Origin: a virus
Taxonomy: Duplodnaviria > Caudoviricetes
IMG/VR virus record: IMGVR_UViG_3300025015_000065
Coordinates: 1-39,530 of that record
Strand: one strand, 5' to 3'
DNA length: 39,530 bases
The notes below the pieces were generated by a model, which ran no database searches, had not been told where the DNA came from, and was given only the letters and a program-made list of their open reading frames with translations. Position numbers and translations under genes: made by a program. Shown here one piece after another: positions 9,043-17,015 of this stretch; within the stretch, counting starts at the first letter, position 1; each line of letters opens with the position of its first letter.

Positions 9043-9387
9043 ATGGCGACGGCAACGAAGTCCAAGAAGTCCAAGAAGTCCAAGAAGTCCAAGGTGAAAG
9101 GTCCGAGCGACGGGAGCGTAATCAAGCGGGAGTACCCCGAGGGCAACTGCGGGGACCGTTTGGCCGACGTTCTCGGCAAGTTCCTCAAGGGCGAGGACGG
9201 CAAGATCGACCCCAAGAAGCTGGCGCAGGTGGCGAAGGACAACAACGTCGATATGGGGCCCTTCGCCGAGCGGAACCTCGGCATGCAGCGGATGAACCTG
9301 GGGAACATCCTCCGGGGCAAGAACCGCAACGGCGAGAAGATCGTCGTGGGGAGCACCACGGTCGCCGGGCAGAAGGCGAAGGAGTAG
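9043..9387 (+). CDS. small basic protein with a Lys/Ser-rich N-terminal tail (putative DNA-binding)
   Basis: RBS AAGGAG then ATG 9043; MATATKSKKSKKSKKSK; strongly C/G-ending codons suggest high expression. Confidence 0.8.
   Translation: MATATKSKKSKKSKKSKVKGPSDGSVIKREYPEGNCGDRLADVLGKFLKGEDGKIDPKKLAQVAKDNNVDMGPFAERNLGMQRMNLGNILRGKNRNGEKIVVGSTTVAGQKAKE
9058..9093 (+). repeat. in-frame tandem repeat (AAGTCCAAG)x4 encoding (KSK)x4
   Basis: Read directly. Confidence 0.9.
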
Positions 9388-9403
9388 CGGGGAGAACGGC
9401 CCC

Positions 9404-9432
9404 TTGACGGGCCCCCAGGGCTGTGGTACCCT
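9404..9432 (+). promoter_or_regulatory. putative sigma70 promoter P3: TTGACG-N17-TACCCT with extended -10 TG, overlapped by a CCCCAGGG...CCCTGGGG inverted repeat
   Basis: Intergenic; same architecture as P1 and P2. Confidence 0.55.
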
Positions 9433-9453
9433 GGGGGTGGGATGAGAGGGGTG

Positions 9454-9542
9454 GGCCCCCTCCAACCTTGCAGTGGACCGGACCTGCCCCTAGTAAACCT
9501 AGGTGTGGCGGTCTTGGGGCCGAGTCAGGGGGGGAGGGGGCC
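9454..9542 (+). ncRNA. candidate structured leader or ncRNA
   Basis: GGCCCCCTCC (9454-9463) pairs perfectly with GGAGGGGGCC (9533-9542) and encloses smaller stems; no family recognised. Confidence 0.35.
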
Positions 9543-9560
9543 TTTCTAAACGAGGAAGAT

Positions 9561-9896
9561 ATGCCGGTCTTCATAACGGATTTTAACAAGAAGAACAGCA
9601 AGAATTTTTCAAGAGCCCGGAGATACGGTGTCCTGGTGCCCGTGACGAATAAACAATGTTATCCAGATGACTGGGAAGAGAAGGTGCAGGATATGGCGGC
9701 GGAAGCTGCCTCCGTTTTAAAAGACTTTAATTTCAAGGAAGACTATTTGTTGTTGGCGGGAGACCCGGCGGCAATAGCGGTGTGTGTGGCCACCGTATCA
9801 GCTATGGCGGCCACGAGAGACGAACCGGTAGCATTTAAATGTTTGAAATGGGACAGAAAGGAGGAAGGCTACTACATCATAGAAATAGAAGTATAG
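9561..9896 (+). CDS. hypothetical phage replication-module protein
   Basis: RBS GAGG then ATG 9561; DYLLLAGDP...LKWDR..Y motif. Confidence 0.7.
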   Translation: MPVFITDFNKKNSKNFSRARRYGVLVPVTNKQCYPDDWEEKVQDMAAEAASVLKDFNFKEDYLLLAGDPAAIAVCVATVSAMAATRDEPVAFKCLKWDRKEEGYYIIEIEV

Positions 9897-9924
9897 CGAT
9901 CGCCGCTAGATAGGAGGAAGTGGA

Positions 9925-10470
9925 ATGGCCAAAAAGGTAGCAGGAAACGACCCCACCCCGATCATTAGAGAACAATATCCGGAGATGCTGGAGGCGGTCA
10001 AAGCCGTATCCAAGGCGGCGTCCAATGCCGTAAATATACATAAGCGGGCCGTGAAGGGAAACCTTCTCGACACCGTGAAGGCGTATGTGGAGATACGCCG
10101 GGTGTCGGAAGCCATATCCGACGGGGTGAAAGTCATCAACGGAATCCTGGCACAGTTGAAGGAGACGGAGATACCGGAGGGCATGGAGAAGGAGGGGGTG
10201 TCTTCGCTGACGCTGGACGACCCCAGCTACATGTGCCGGGTAGGGGTTTCCGTCACATTGCGGGCCAGCGTAAGAGAGAACATGAAGGAGGAGGCAATTC
10301 GGTGGCTCCGGGAAGGAAAGCTGGAGGATTACATTCAGCCCACCATCAACGCCTCGTCCCTCTCCGCTCTCGCCAGGGAGATGGCCGAGGAGAACAGAGA
10401 GCTACCGGATAACATCTTCAACGTGTTCCAACAGCACAGCACCAGCGTAACGGCAATAAAGGGAAAATAG
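9925..10470 (+). CDS. hypothetical phage protein of the replication module (upstream of the SSB-like gene)
   Basis: Strong RBS AGGAGG; helical N-terminus, QPTINASSLSA motif. Confidence 0.75.
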   Translation: MAKKVAGNDPTPIIREQYPEMLEAVKAVSKAASNAVNIHKRAVKGNLLDTVKAYVEIRRVSEAISDGVKVINGILAQLKETEIPEGMEKEGVSSLTLDDPSYMCRVGVSVTLRASVRENMKEEAIRWLREGKLEDYIQPTINASSLSALAREMAEENRELPDNIFNVFQQHSTSVTAIKGK

Positions 10471-10499
10471 GGCCGCCTATCTTTTAAGGAGAGGAAGAA

Positions 10500-11381
10500 A
10501 TGGCAAAAGCCTCAGAAGGGAAGATAGCGAGGAAGGAAGAAGAGGGAATCCAAACCGCCGATTCGATGCCGGAGTTCATGAAGGGAGAGCAGGGCCGGGG
10601 GACGGAGATGGTAGACCCACGGGACCTGGAGCTCCCAAGACTCAAGCTGCTGCAAGACCTGTCAGATGAGCCCAAGACCTTCGATGGTGCGAAGCCGGGC
10701 ATGCTGTGGCACACGGTTCTCGAGAGGGCCGTGCAACTCCCGGTGCACATCACTCCGGTGTTCGTGGATACCCGGTACATCCTCTGGAGGCCCCGGCACA
10801 TGGGGGGTGGAATCCTCGCCCGTTCCGACGATGGGCGGAGATGGTCTCCGGAGAAGGGAGAGTTCAGAATCAAGCCGACGAAGGGAAGCGAAGACGAAGT
10901 GGTCTGGCGTCTGGCTTCGACGGTGGACGCCTCCGGCCTCGCGAATTGGGGGTCTTACGACCCCCGGAATCCGAACAGCCCCCCGGCCGCTACGAAGATC
11001 ATCGCGGTGGTGGCGGTAATTCTTGAGCCGGAGTACCGGGAGATGTCCCCGGTGGTCATCGCCCATCAGCGTTCTCAGATCAAAGTGGCCAGGAGGCTGG
11101 TGACGAAGATTCGAATGTCCAGAGCGCCCGCATATGGGCAGGTGCACCGGGTAGAGTCAGTTCAGGACCAGAACAACGAAGGGCAGAAATTCTTCAATTT
11201 CCGGTACACGGCCTCCGGCATCCTGCAAAGCAAGGAGGACTTCGACGCCATGAAGGAGTTCTACGAGAAGTTCCTCAAGAGCGGGATTCAGATCCGTGAC
11301 GTGGAAGGCATGCAGGGAGATGTGCCGGACGTGGCGGGGGCGGAGGACCCCGAGGCGAGCGACCCGAAGGCGAAGTACTAG
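10500..11381 (+). CDS. putative single-stranded DNA-binding/annealing protein
   Basis: DLxLPRLKLLQxLS...AKPG N-terminal motif; acidic C-terminal tail; high-expression codon bias; upstream of the DNA polymerase. Confidence 0.6.
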   Translation: MAKASEGKIARKEEEGIQTADSMPEFMKGEQGRGTEMVDPRDLELPRLKLLQDLSDEPKTFDGAKPGMLWHTVLERAVQLPVHITPVFVDTRYILWRPRHMGGGILARSDDGRRWSPEKGEFRIKPTKGSEDEVVWRLASTVDASGLANWGSYDPRNPNSPPAATKIIAVVAVILEPEYREMSPVVIAHQRSQIKVARRLVTKIRMSRAPAYGQVHRVESVQDQNNEGQKFFNFRYTASGILQSKEDFDAMKEFYEKFLKSGIQIRDVEGMQGDVPDVAGAEDPEASDPKAKY

Positions 11382-11402
11382 GAGGCAGGGCCCACTAGGG
11401 CG

Positions 11403-11581
11403 ATGCGGAAGGACGCATGAGATGGGTAGGGGGCGACGTACTCAAACGAGCCATGGTCGTAAAAGCAGGGTTCCTAGGGCAGGGTATGCCCGTCCGGTGA
11501 TGACCTCCGGAGAGAGTTTGAGAAGCTACGCCTAAGCCCAGGCCCCGAGCCGGTATCAAGCCCGGCCCCTGGTGGTTTTTT
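11403..11581 (+). ncRNA. candidate multi-branch structured RNA ending in a hairpin plus T-tract
   Basis: Nested complementary segments in an intergenic gap of about 210 nt (see findings). Confidence 0.45.
11538..11581 (+). terminator. possible intrinsic terminator
   Basis: CCAGG...GCCGG-tatcaagc-CCGGC...CCTGG followed by TGGTTTTTT. Confidence 0.45.
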
Positions 11582-11594
11582 AAGGAGGAGATAT

Positions 11595-11849
11595 GTGATG
11601 GGTGACAAAGACGGGGCGGCTAAGCTTTTTCTGCCGATGGGTCCCGAGGAGAAGTTCCGGTTATACCTCGACCATTTCTGTGAGGCGATGGACGATTTTC
11701 TCGACCCTGAGGGTAGTACGTCTGCGGAAGAGTTGATTAAGCGGTGGTTTGAGTTCCGGGCCGTCAGAGCGGAGCTGGCGGTCGAGGCTTTGAAAGAGTT
11801 TGTGCTGTCTCATCCTCAATACGGAGGGTCCCAAGTTGTCGTTAACTGA
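11595..11849 (+). CDS. hypothetical protein
   Basis: Perfect RBS TAAGGAGG. Confidence 0.7.
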   Translation: MMGDKDGAAKLFLPMGPEEKFRLYLDHFCEAMDDFLDPEGSTSAEELIKRWFEFRAVRAELAVEALKEFVLSHPQYGGSQVVVN

Positions 11850-12036
11850 TGGTGAGCAGGAACGAATGATGAAGTTTCAGGAACTGTATGAGGAAAACGG
11901 GGAATCCTTGACGGGGTGGGACAAGGGATTCGCTGATGACATTGTGGGGAAATTTGTGGAATATGGGGCCGAGATGTTCTTATCTCCCAACCAATGGAAG
12001 CAGGTGAACCGCATCCTAGAGAGGATGGGAGGATGA
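11800..12036 (+). CDS. hypothetical protein (start uncertain)
   Basis: LTGWDKGFxxD...LSPNQW..V..I motif; stop overlaps the polymerase start. Confidence 0.6.
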   Translation: MCCLILNTEGPKLSLTDGEQERMMKFQELYEENGESLTGWDKGFADDIVGKFVEYGAEMFLSPNQWKQVNRILERMGG

Positions 12037-13880
12037 GGGCCGCCGATTCGATGTCCATAGATAGGATGTTTAAGGCCGTCAAGGCGTCGAAAGAATTGGT
12101 TTTTGACATTGAGACGACGGGGGTGGATTGGAAACGGCATTTCGCGGTGGGGTACGTCATAACGGTCGGACTCAGGCCGGAGGACACTTACTACGTCCCT
12201 GTACGGCATGGAGGAGGCAGAAATATTTCGAAAGGGCACACTCCGGACGGGCCGGAGGACGTGGGTCCAAGGGTGCTTCCCTTTGAGAAGAGGTTTAACG
12301 CAGAGATCGCCTCGCGGACCGATCTATTGGTAGTGGGGCACCACTTAAAATTTGATCTCCATATGGCCGCGAACCACGGCATCATCTTTAACGGTCCTCT
12401 CGAATGCACCATGGTGAATGCGGCCCTGATAGATGAGAACGTCGGGAAATACTCTTTAGCGGATTGTGCCAAACGGGCGGGCGTGACCGCTAAATTAAAG
12501 GAAGAAATTAACCAGCACATAGCCGAAAAATTTAAGCTCGATCCGAAGGACCGAGGCTTGATGGCGCATTATTGGAGGCTATCTGGGGACGATAAAATGG
12601 CGATAGACTACGCCTCCGGGGATGGGGTGACGACGTGGGAGCTTCATAAATGGCAGCAGATTCAACTTGACTCCCAGGACCTTAGGCGGGTATGGGCTGT
12701 GGAATGCCGAGTCTTGCGCACATTGTTCCGCATGGAGCGGCACGGGGTGAGAGTGGATGAATCTAGGCTTCTGCAGTTGAAGGAGGAGATGGAAAAGAAG
12801 CTTGAGAAGGCACTGACCGCGCTTCCGGAGAACATGAACGTTCGGTCTGCGCCAGAGGTTAGGAAGTTTGTGCGGGACAAACTCGGCCGCACGGACTTTC
12901 CACTCACCCCGAAAGGGAACCCCAGTTTTCCCGAGCAATATCTTCTTACCTTCGAGGAAGGGCGGCGCGTGATAGCCGCCAGGAAAATTACCACCATCAT
13001 AAACAGCTTTATTACTCCTACTTTGGATAGGCATTTATGGAAGGGAAGAGTACACTGTAATTTTAATCAGCTTAAGGGAGACGAATACGGTACGGTAACA
13101 GGAAGGTTGTCTAGCGATAGCCCAAACATGCAGCAAGTACCGAAACGGGATAAGGAACTGGCCCCCTTATTTAGATCAGTATTTGTGCCAGATGAAGGGA
13201 CAAAATGGTCTACAAACGATTTTAAGCAGCAAGAGCCGGTGGTGTTTACGGAATACACTCAATGCAAGGCCCTAGTGAAGGGGTATAACTCCGACCCCCC
13301 TGTGGACATTCACTCCGTGGTGGCCAAGATGATAGGGGTGGAGCGGGACCCCACAGCTAAACGTATGAACATGGGCATGCTAAATGGGATGGGGAAGAAG
13401 CTCCTCGCAAAACATTTGGGCGTAGACATAGACGTGGCCACGGAGTATAGGGACCAATATGACCGCGCATTTCCTGAGGCAATGGCGTTCATGAAAAGCG
13501 CCGAGAGGCGGGCGGTGGCAAGGGGCTACGTTAAGACTTTCCTGGGGCGTAGGAGAAGATTCCCTCGGGGGGAATTCGCGTATAAGGCTGGTAATTCGGT
13601 GGTACAGGGATCCTCAGCGGACATCACGAAAGTAAAAATGGTGGAGATAGATGATTATCTTAAATCCGTGGGGCGGCCATATCAGATGCTCCTGCAGGTC
13701 CATGATTCCCTCGATTGGCTGGTGGAGGAGGGGGCCAGGGGACAAACGATAAATGGTGAGTGCCTTAAAATAATGCAGGACTTCGGTCCAGACCAATTGG
13801 TGCACCTCGTACTGGTCCCTCTCCGGGTGGATGGACACGTTGGAGATAGCTGGGGTGATGCTATCTTCGGTGAGGATTGA
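12033..13880 (+). CDS. family A DNA polymerase with 3'-5' exonuclease; candidate DpoZ
   Basis: Exo motifs DIETTG, HHLKFD, YASGD; TVTGRLSSDSPNMQQVP; motif A NDFKQQE; motif B R...AKRMNMGMLNG; QGSSADITK; motif C QVHDS. Start ATG 12033. Confidence 0.93.
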   Translation: MRAADSMSIDRMFKAVKASKELVFDIETTGVDWKRHFAVGYVITVGLRPEDTYYVPVRHGGGRNISKGHTPDGPEDVGPRVLPFEKRFNAEIASRTDLLVVGHHLKFDLHMAANHGIIFNGPLECTMVNAALIDENVGKYSLADCAKRAGVTAKLKEEINQHIAEKFKLDPKDRGLMAHYWRLSGDDKMAIDYASGDGVTTWELHKWQQIQLDSQDLRRVWAVECRVLRTLFRMERHGVRVDESRLLQLKEEMEKKLEKALTALPENMNVRSAPEVRKFVRDKLGRTDFPLTPKGNPSFPEQYLLTFEEGRRVIAARKITTIINSFITPTLDRHLWKGRVHCNFNQLKGDEYGTVTGRLSSDSPNMQQVPKRDKELAPLFRSVFVPDEGTKWSTNDFKQQEPVVFTEYTQCKALVKGYNSDPPVDIHSVVAKMIGVERDPTAKRMNMGMLNGMGKKLLAKHLGVDIDVATEYRDQYDRAFPEAMAFMKSAERRAVARGYVKTFLGRRRRFPRGEFAYKAGNSVVQGSSADITKVKMVEIDDYLKSVGRPYQMLLQVHDSLDWLVEEGARGQTINGECLKIMQDFGPDQLVHLVLVPLRVDGHVGDSWGDAIFGED

Positions 13881-14338
13881 GGGTGGCCAATAACGAATTA
13901 CAGTTCCAGGGAGAGCTTATACGGGACATAAACCGCGCTGGGGGGCATGCGTTCAAAATGTCCAGTACGTATAAGGTGGGGGTAGCGGATTTGTACGTGC
14001 GCCTTCCTGCTGCCCTAAAGTGGGAGGGGTTGGAAGACTATGTGGGGTTTATAGAGACGAAATTTACGAGAAACTTCTCAAAGTTATTAATAGTGGGGAT
14101 AACCGAACTACAGAAAAAGTTCCTTAAGAGAGAACAGGACGCTGGCGGAATGTCAGCGTGGCTCCTGTGTGTAAAGGTGGATGAAAGGGGTAGAGCGCCT
14201 TACTGGATAGCCTATGGAAGCCGGGACCTTGAGGTTAAAACGGCCTCTATATTCGAGATAAAAGAGTTGGGCGTGATTAGGGAAGTAGGGAAACCGTGGG
14301 ACGTATATAAAATAATTGAGCTCTTGGAGAGACCGTAA
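13877..14338 (+). CDS. PD-(D/E)XK nuclease (VRR-NUC / Holliday junction resolvase-like)
   Basis: E..FQ...GVADL...FIETK...TELQKKF..R...AGG; follows the polymerase. Confidence 0.75.
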   Translation: MRVANNELQFQGELIRDINRAGGHAFKMSSTYKVGVADLYVRLPAALKWEGLEDYVGFIETKFTRNFSKLLIVGITELQKKFLKREQDAGGMSAWLLCVKVDERGRAPYWIAYGSRDLEVKTASIFEIKELGVIREVGKPWDVYKIIELLERP

Positions 14339-14973
14339 TGGACATAGGGCCTTATAGGACTGCCTTTGCAGCCAGTTTCAGAGGACTGACTAAGCGTACG
14401 CTGGTGGTTGCGTTTGGGGCCACGAACTCCGGAAAGACTGTATTGTGCAATCAGTTGGAGAATGAGGGGTGGGGGGTGTATCGTACGTCAAAGATGGTGG
14501 AGAGTGGTATGAGAGTCCTCCACGCAAAGGCGGGCGGGGCGGGAAAAATGGAAAACCCCGATGCCCCAAAGGAACTTACTGTAATCTTGAGGGCCGGAGT
14601 TGAAGAAGCCATGGCTGCATGGAGGAGGTTTGATGGGGGCCACGGCATAGTGCTGGAAGGGTTCCCAAGAAATTCGATGCAAATGAATATGATAACGGAT
14701 TATGTATGGGAGCGCTTTGTCGTTGGAGTCCACGTGAGAGCCCCCCTTGAGGAAATAAAGCTCCGGGCCGAGATGGAACAGGACCCATATCGGCGGGACA
14801 TAGAGATGGCAAGGGCTACACAGGAAAACATCGACCTCTATGGTACGGTGGAAGAGCATTTAATAAGATTAGGAGTGGAAATGTGGCGGTATGATTGGAT
14901 TCCGGACACAGGTCCGGATGAAGACTACTACATCGGGCATCGAGGGGAGTACTTGTATTACAGGGTATCATAA
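14338..14973 (+). CDS. adenylate-kinase-like nucleoside monophosphate kinase
   Basis: P-loop GATNSGKT after a hydrophobic strand; ADK-type signature IVLEGFPRNxxQ; V.APLEEI..R. Confidence 0.75.
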   Translation: MDIGPYRTAFAASFRGLTKRTLVVAFGATNSGKTVLCNQLENEGWGVYRTSKMVESGMRVLHAKAGGAGKMENPDAPKELTVILRAGVEEAMAAWRRFDGGHGIVLEGFPRNSMQMNMITDYVWERFVVGVHVRAPLEEIKLRAEMEQDPYRRDIEMARATQENIDLYGTVEEHLIRLGVEMWRYDWIPDTGPDEDYYIGHRGEYLYYRVS

Positions 14974-14983
14974 AGGAGAAGGT

Positions 14984-16063
14984 ATGAGTAAATACGAAGG
15001 ATTCGTGGAGAAGGGCGGGGCGTCGGTACTAATCGATGGGCAATGGGGTTCCACGGGGAAGGGGCTGGCTGCGGCAGCCATAGCCGTGGACAATGCCGGA
15101 AAAATCAGGGTGGCTACCACCAATGCCAGTTCCAACGCCGGGCACACGACGGTGAAGGAGAACAAAAAGTTCGTGTGCTTCCACTTGCCCACCAGCGGGG
15201 TGATGGACGCAAAAGCGATAATTTATCTTAACGCGGGGTCCATCATCGATCCAAAGGTCTTAATGGACGAGATGAAGACATTGGGAGTGGACAAGGAGCG
15301 GGTGGTGGTGCACCCTCGGGCAGCGGTGATTACGCAGGAATGCAAGGAAGAAGAAGCAGACATAAACTCTTCTGCCACGAAATTGGCCTCCACCCAAAAG
15401 GGTGTCGGGGCCGCACTCTCAAGGAAAGTCAAGCGCATGCCGGGAGCCACCGTGGGGGAAAACGAACGCATGCGGGATGAGTTTGGTGGCAGGATAAGGA
15501 CCATGAATCTAAACACCATGATGGCGGCGGGGGCCTCCGTAATGGTAGAGATTCCCCAGGGCTTCGGCCTGGGCCTGAACAGTGGGACGGCGTACCCCTA
15601 CTGCACTTCGAGAGAGGTCAGCGTTCAGCAAGGACTCTCTGACGCGGGCATCCACCCGAAATTCCTCCTCAATACTCTGATGGTTCTCAGAACCTACCCC
15701 ATCAGAGTAGGAAACATCATGAACGATAAGGAGATGGTGGGATTCAGTGGCCCCCACTACCCGGACCAAAAGGAAATCCGGTGGGAGGAAATAGGGGTTA
15801 GCCCCGAGATGACCACCGTAACAGGCCGCGTTAGAAGAGTATTCACTTTCTCGTTGAGGCAATATTTGGATGCATACTATCACAACTACCCTACACACGT
15901 CTTTCTCAACTTCGTGAATTATCTAAAATCACGCGAAGAATTTCTAAGCCTTCTAGGGCTGATACAGTCCATAAGAGTTCTCCCTATTTCATACGGCCTG
16001 GGACCGCAGGTGAAGGACATCGAACATGATACGGCGGCTGTGGTAAGAAAGATGGGGTGGTAA
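14984..16063 (+). CDS. purZ: N6-succino-2-amino-2'-deoxyadenylate synthase PurZ
   Basis: PurA fold with GQWGSTGKG (Ser in place of the PurA catalytic Asp of GDEGKG), NAGHT, STQKGVG, YPYCTSR, RTYPIRVG, TTVTGRVRRV, and LNFVNY in place of the GTP-specifying TKLD; RBS AAGGAG before ATG 14984. Confidence 0.93.
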   Translation: MSKYEGFVEKGGASVLIDGQWGSTGKGLAAAAIAVDNAGKIRVATTNASSNAGHTTVKENKKFVCFHLPTSGVMDAKAIIYLNAGSIIDPKVLMDEMKTLGVDKERVVVHPRAAVITQECKEEEADINSSATKLASTQKGVGAALSRKVKRMPGATVGENERMRDEFGGRIRTMNLNTMMAAGASVMVEIPQGFGLGLNSGTAYPYCTSREVSVQQGLSDAGIHPKFLLNTLMVLRTYPIRVGNIMNDKEMVGFSGPHYPDQKEIRWEEIGVSPEMTTVTGRVRRVFTFSLRQYLDAYYHNYPTHVFLNFVNYLKSREEFLSLLGLIQSIRVLPISYGLGPQVKDIEHDTAAVVRKMGW

Positions 16064-16432
16064 ATGATGCCTGATCATCTCGCTCCTCCCAATCTCCCGC
16101 CGCACCACCGCCTCCCGCCGCGCCACCGCCTCCACTCCTCTAATAGGGGAGAGCTAGCCAAGGAGTATAACGCTGAGATACGGGTATTTGTAGATGCTAT
16201 GCGGTATAAGCTTCACGTGAACCGGCATAAGGGGAAGTGGATAGATAAGCCCTTAGTTCCGGCGGTAGAGGCGCTCCATAAGGAGGTACAGGAGCTACAT
16301 GACGCTTTGGGCCGGGACAACGTGTTTGAGATATTGCAGGAGGCCGCTGACGTAGCAAATATGGCCATGATCGTTTTCAACATACGGATGTATCTCGCGG
16401 CGAAGGAGTCTCTAGGTGAGCCTATTCAATAG
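16064..16432 (+). CDS. mazZ: MazG-like all-alpha nucleotide pyrophosphohydrolase (MazZ-like)
   Basis: KEVQEL...EAADVANMAM (ExxE...ExxD); lies between purZ and the HD gene. Confidence 0.72.
   Translation: MMPDHLAPPNLPPHHRLPPRHRLHSSNRGELAKEYNAEIRVFVDAMRYKLHVNRHKGKWIDKPLVPAVEALHKEVQELHDALGRDNVFEILQEAADVANMAMIVFNIRMYLAAKESLGEPIQ
16094..16133 (+). repeat. 40-bp exact repeat, copy 1 (copy 2 at 27873-27912)
   Basis: CTCCCGCCGCACCACCGCCTCCCGCCGCGCCACCGCCTCC. Confidence 0.9.
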
Positions 16433-17015
16433 GGCGGTACGGGACCAGCGGTGGGTGAACCGTTGGGGGACCATTAGGAGGTTGAAGGAACAGAGCATAG
16501 CCGAGCATCAGTACTTCGTAGCACTCTACTTCCTACAGATATGCCGTGATCTCGAAATTTCTTATGTGCAGGACGCCTGGGGTGTGGCCATGTGGAAGGT
16601 GTTGACCCACGACCTCCCTGAAATAATTACGTCCGATACCCCTGGACCGGTAAAGAGGGCCCTAAACGCGGAGGGAATAAGTGCCTGGGTGGAGGATCAG
16701 TTATCAAACCGTATACCGAATTGGAAGCCCCCCTCAAACGTGACCGTTAGGGAAGATGAGGAGATGGACGCCATAATGAAGGTGGCGGATGATTTTGAGG
16801 CTGCGATGTATATAATGGATGAGGCGTCTATGGGAAACAAAAACGTCAAGGACGTTCAGGAGTACGTCCGCAGAAAATTGAGTAAGTCCCTAAGGGCCTT
16901 AATTAGGGTGCTCCCGGACAGGGAAGAAAAAATCCTTTCCATGGAGAGCCACATGAATGGGCAGTTGGGGTCCAACCTCAGTGGTGAGTACCCGGCGATG
17001 GATGAAGACAGATGA
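16416..17015 (+). CDS. datZ: HD-domain dATP triphosphohydrolase DatZ
   Basis: VNRW...QSIAEH...LTHDLPEIITSDTPGPVK...MKVADDFEA (YfbR-like HD fold); clustered with purZ. Confidence 0.85.
   Translation: MSLFNRAVRDQRWVNRWGTIRRLKEQSIAEHQYFVALYFLQICRDLEISYVQDAWGVAMWKVLTHDLPEIITSDTPGPVKRALNAEGISAWVEDQLSNRIPNWKPPSNVTVREDEEMDAIMKVADDFEAAMYIMDEASMGNKNVKDVQEYVRRKLSKSLRALIRVLPDREEKILSMESHMNGQLGSNLSGEYPAMDEDR

Noticed and set aside
9058-9093. CRISPR-like array
   Set aside because: Contiguous 9-bp in-frame repeats with no spacers, and no cas genes in the window
5703-9601. Long - strand ORFs such as 5703-6620, 8769-9359 and 8788-9465
   Set aside because: They lie opposite well-supported + strand genes with RBSs and motifs
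11538-11575. tRNA gene (T-arm-like GCCGGTATCAAGCCCGGC)
   Set aside because: No GTTC, no cloverleaf with D and anticodon arms, and no acceptor stem with CCA could be built
14984-16063. Ordinary purA auxiliary metabolic gene, or GTP-using PurZ0
   Set aside because: The PurA catalytic Asp is replaced by Ser, the GTP-specificity T/KxD motif is replaced by NFVN, and MazG and HD hydrolases are adjacent, all of which fit PurZ
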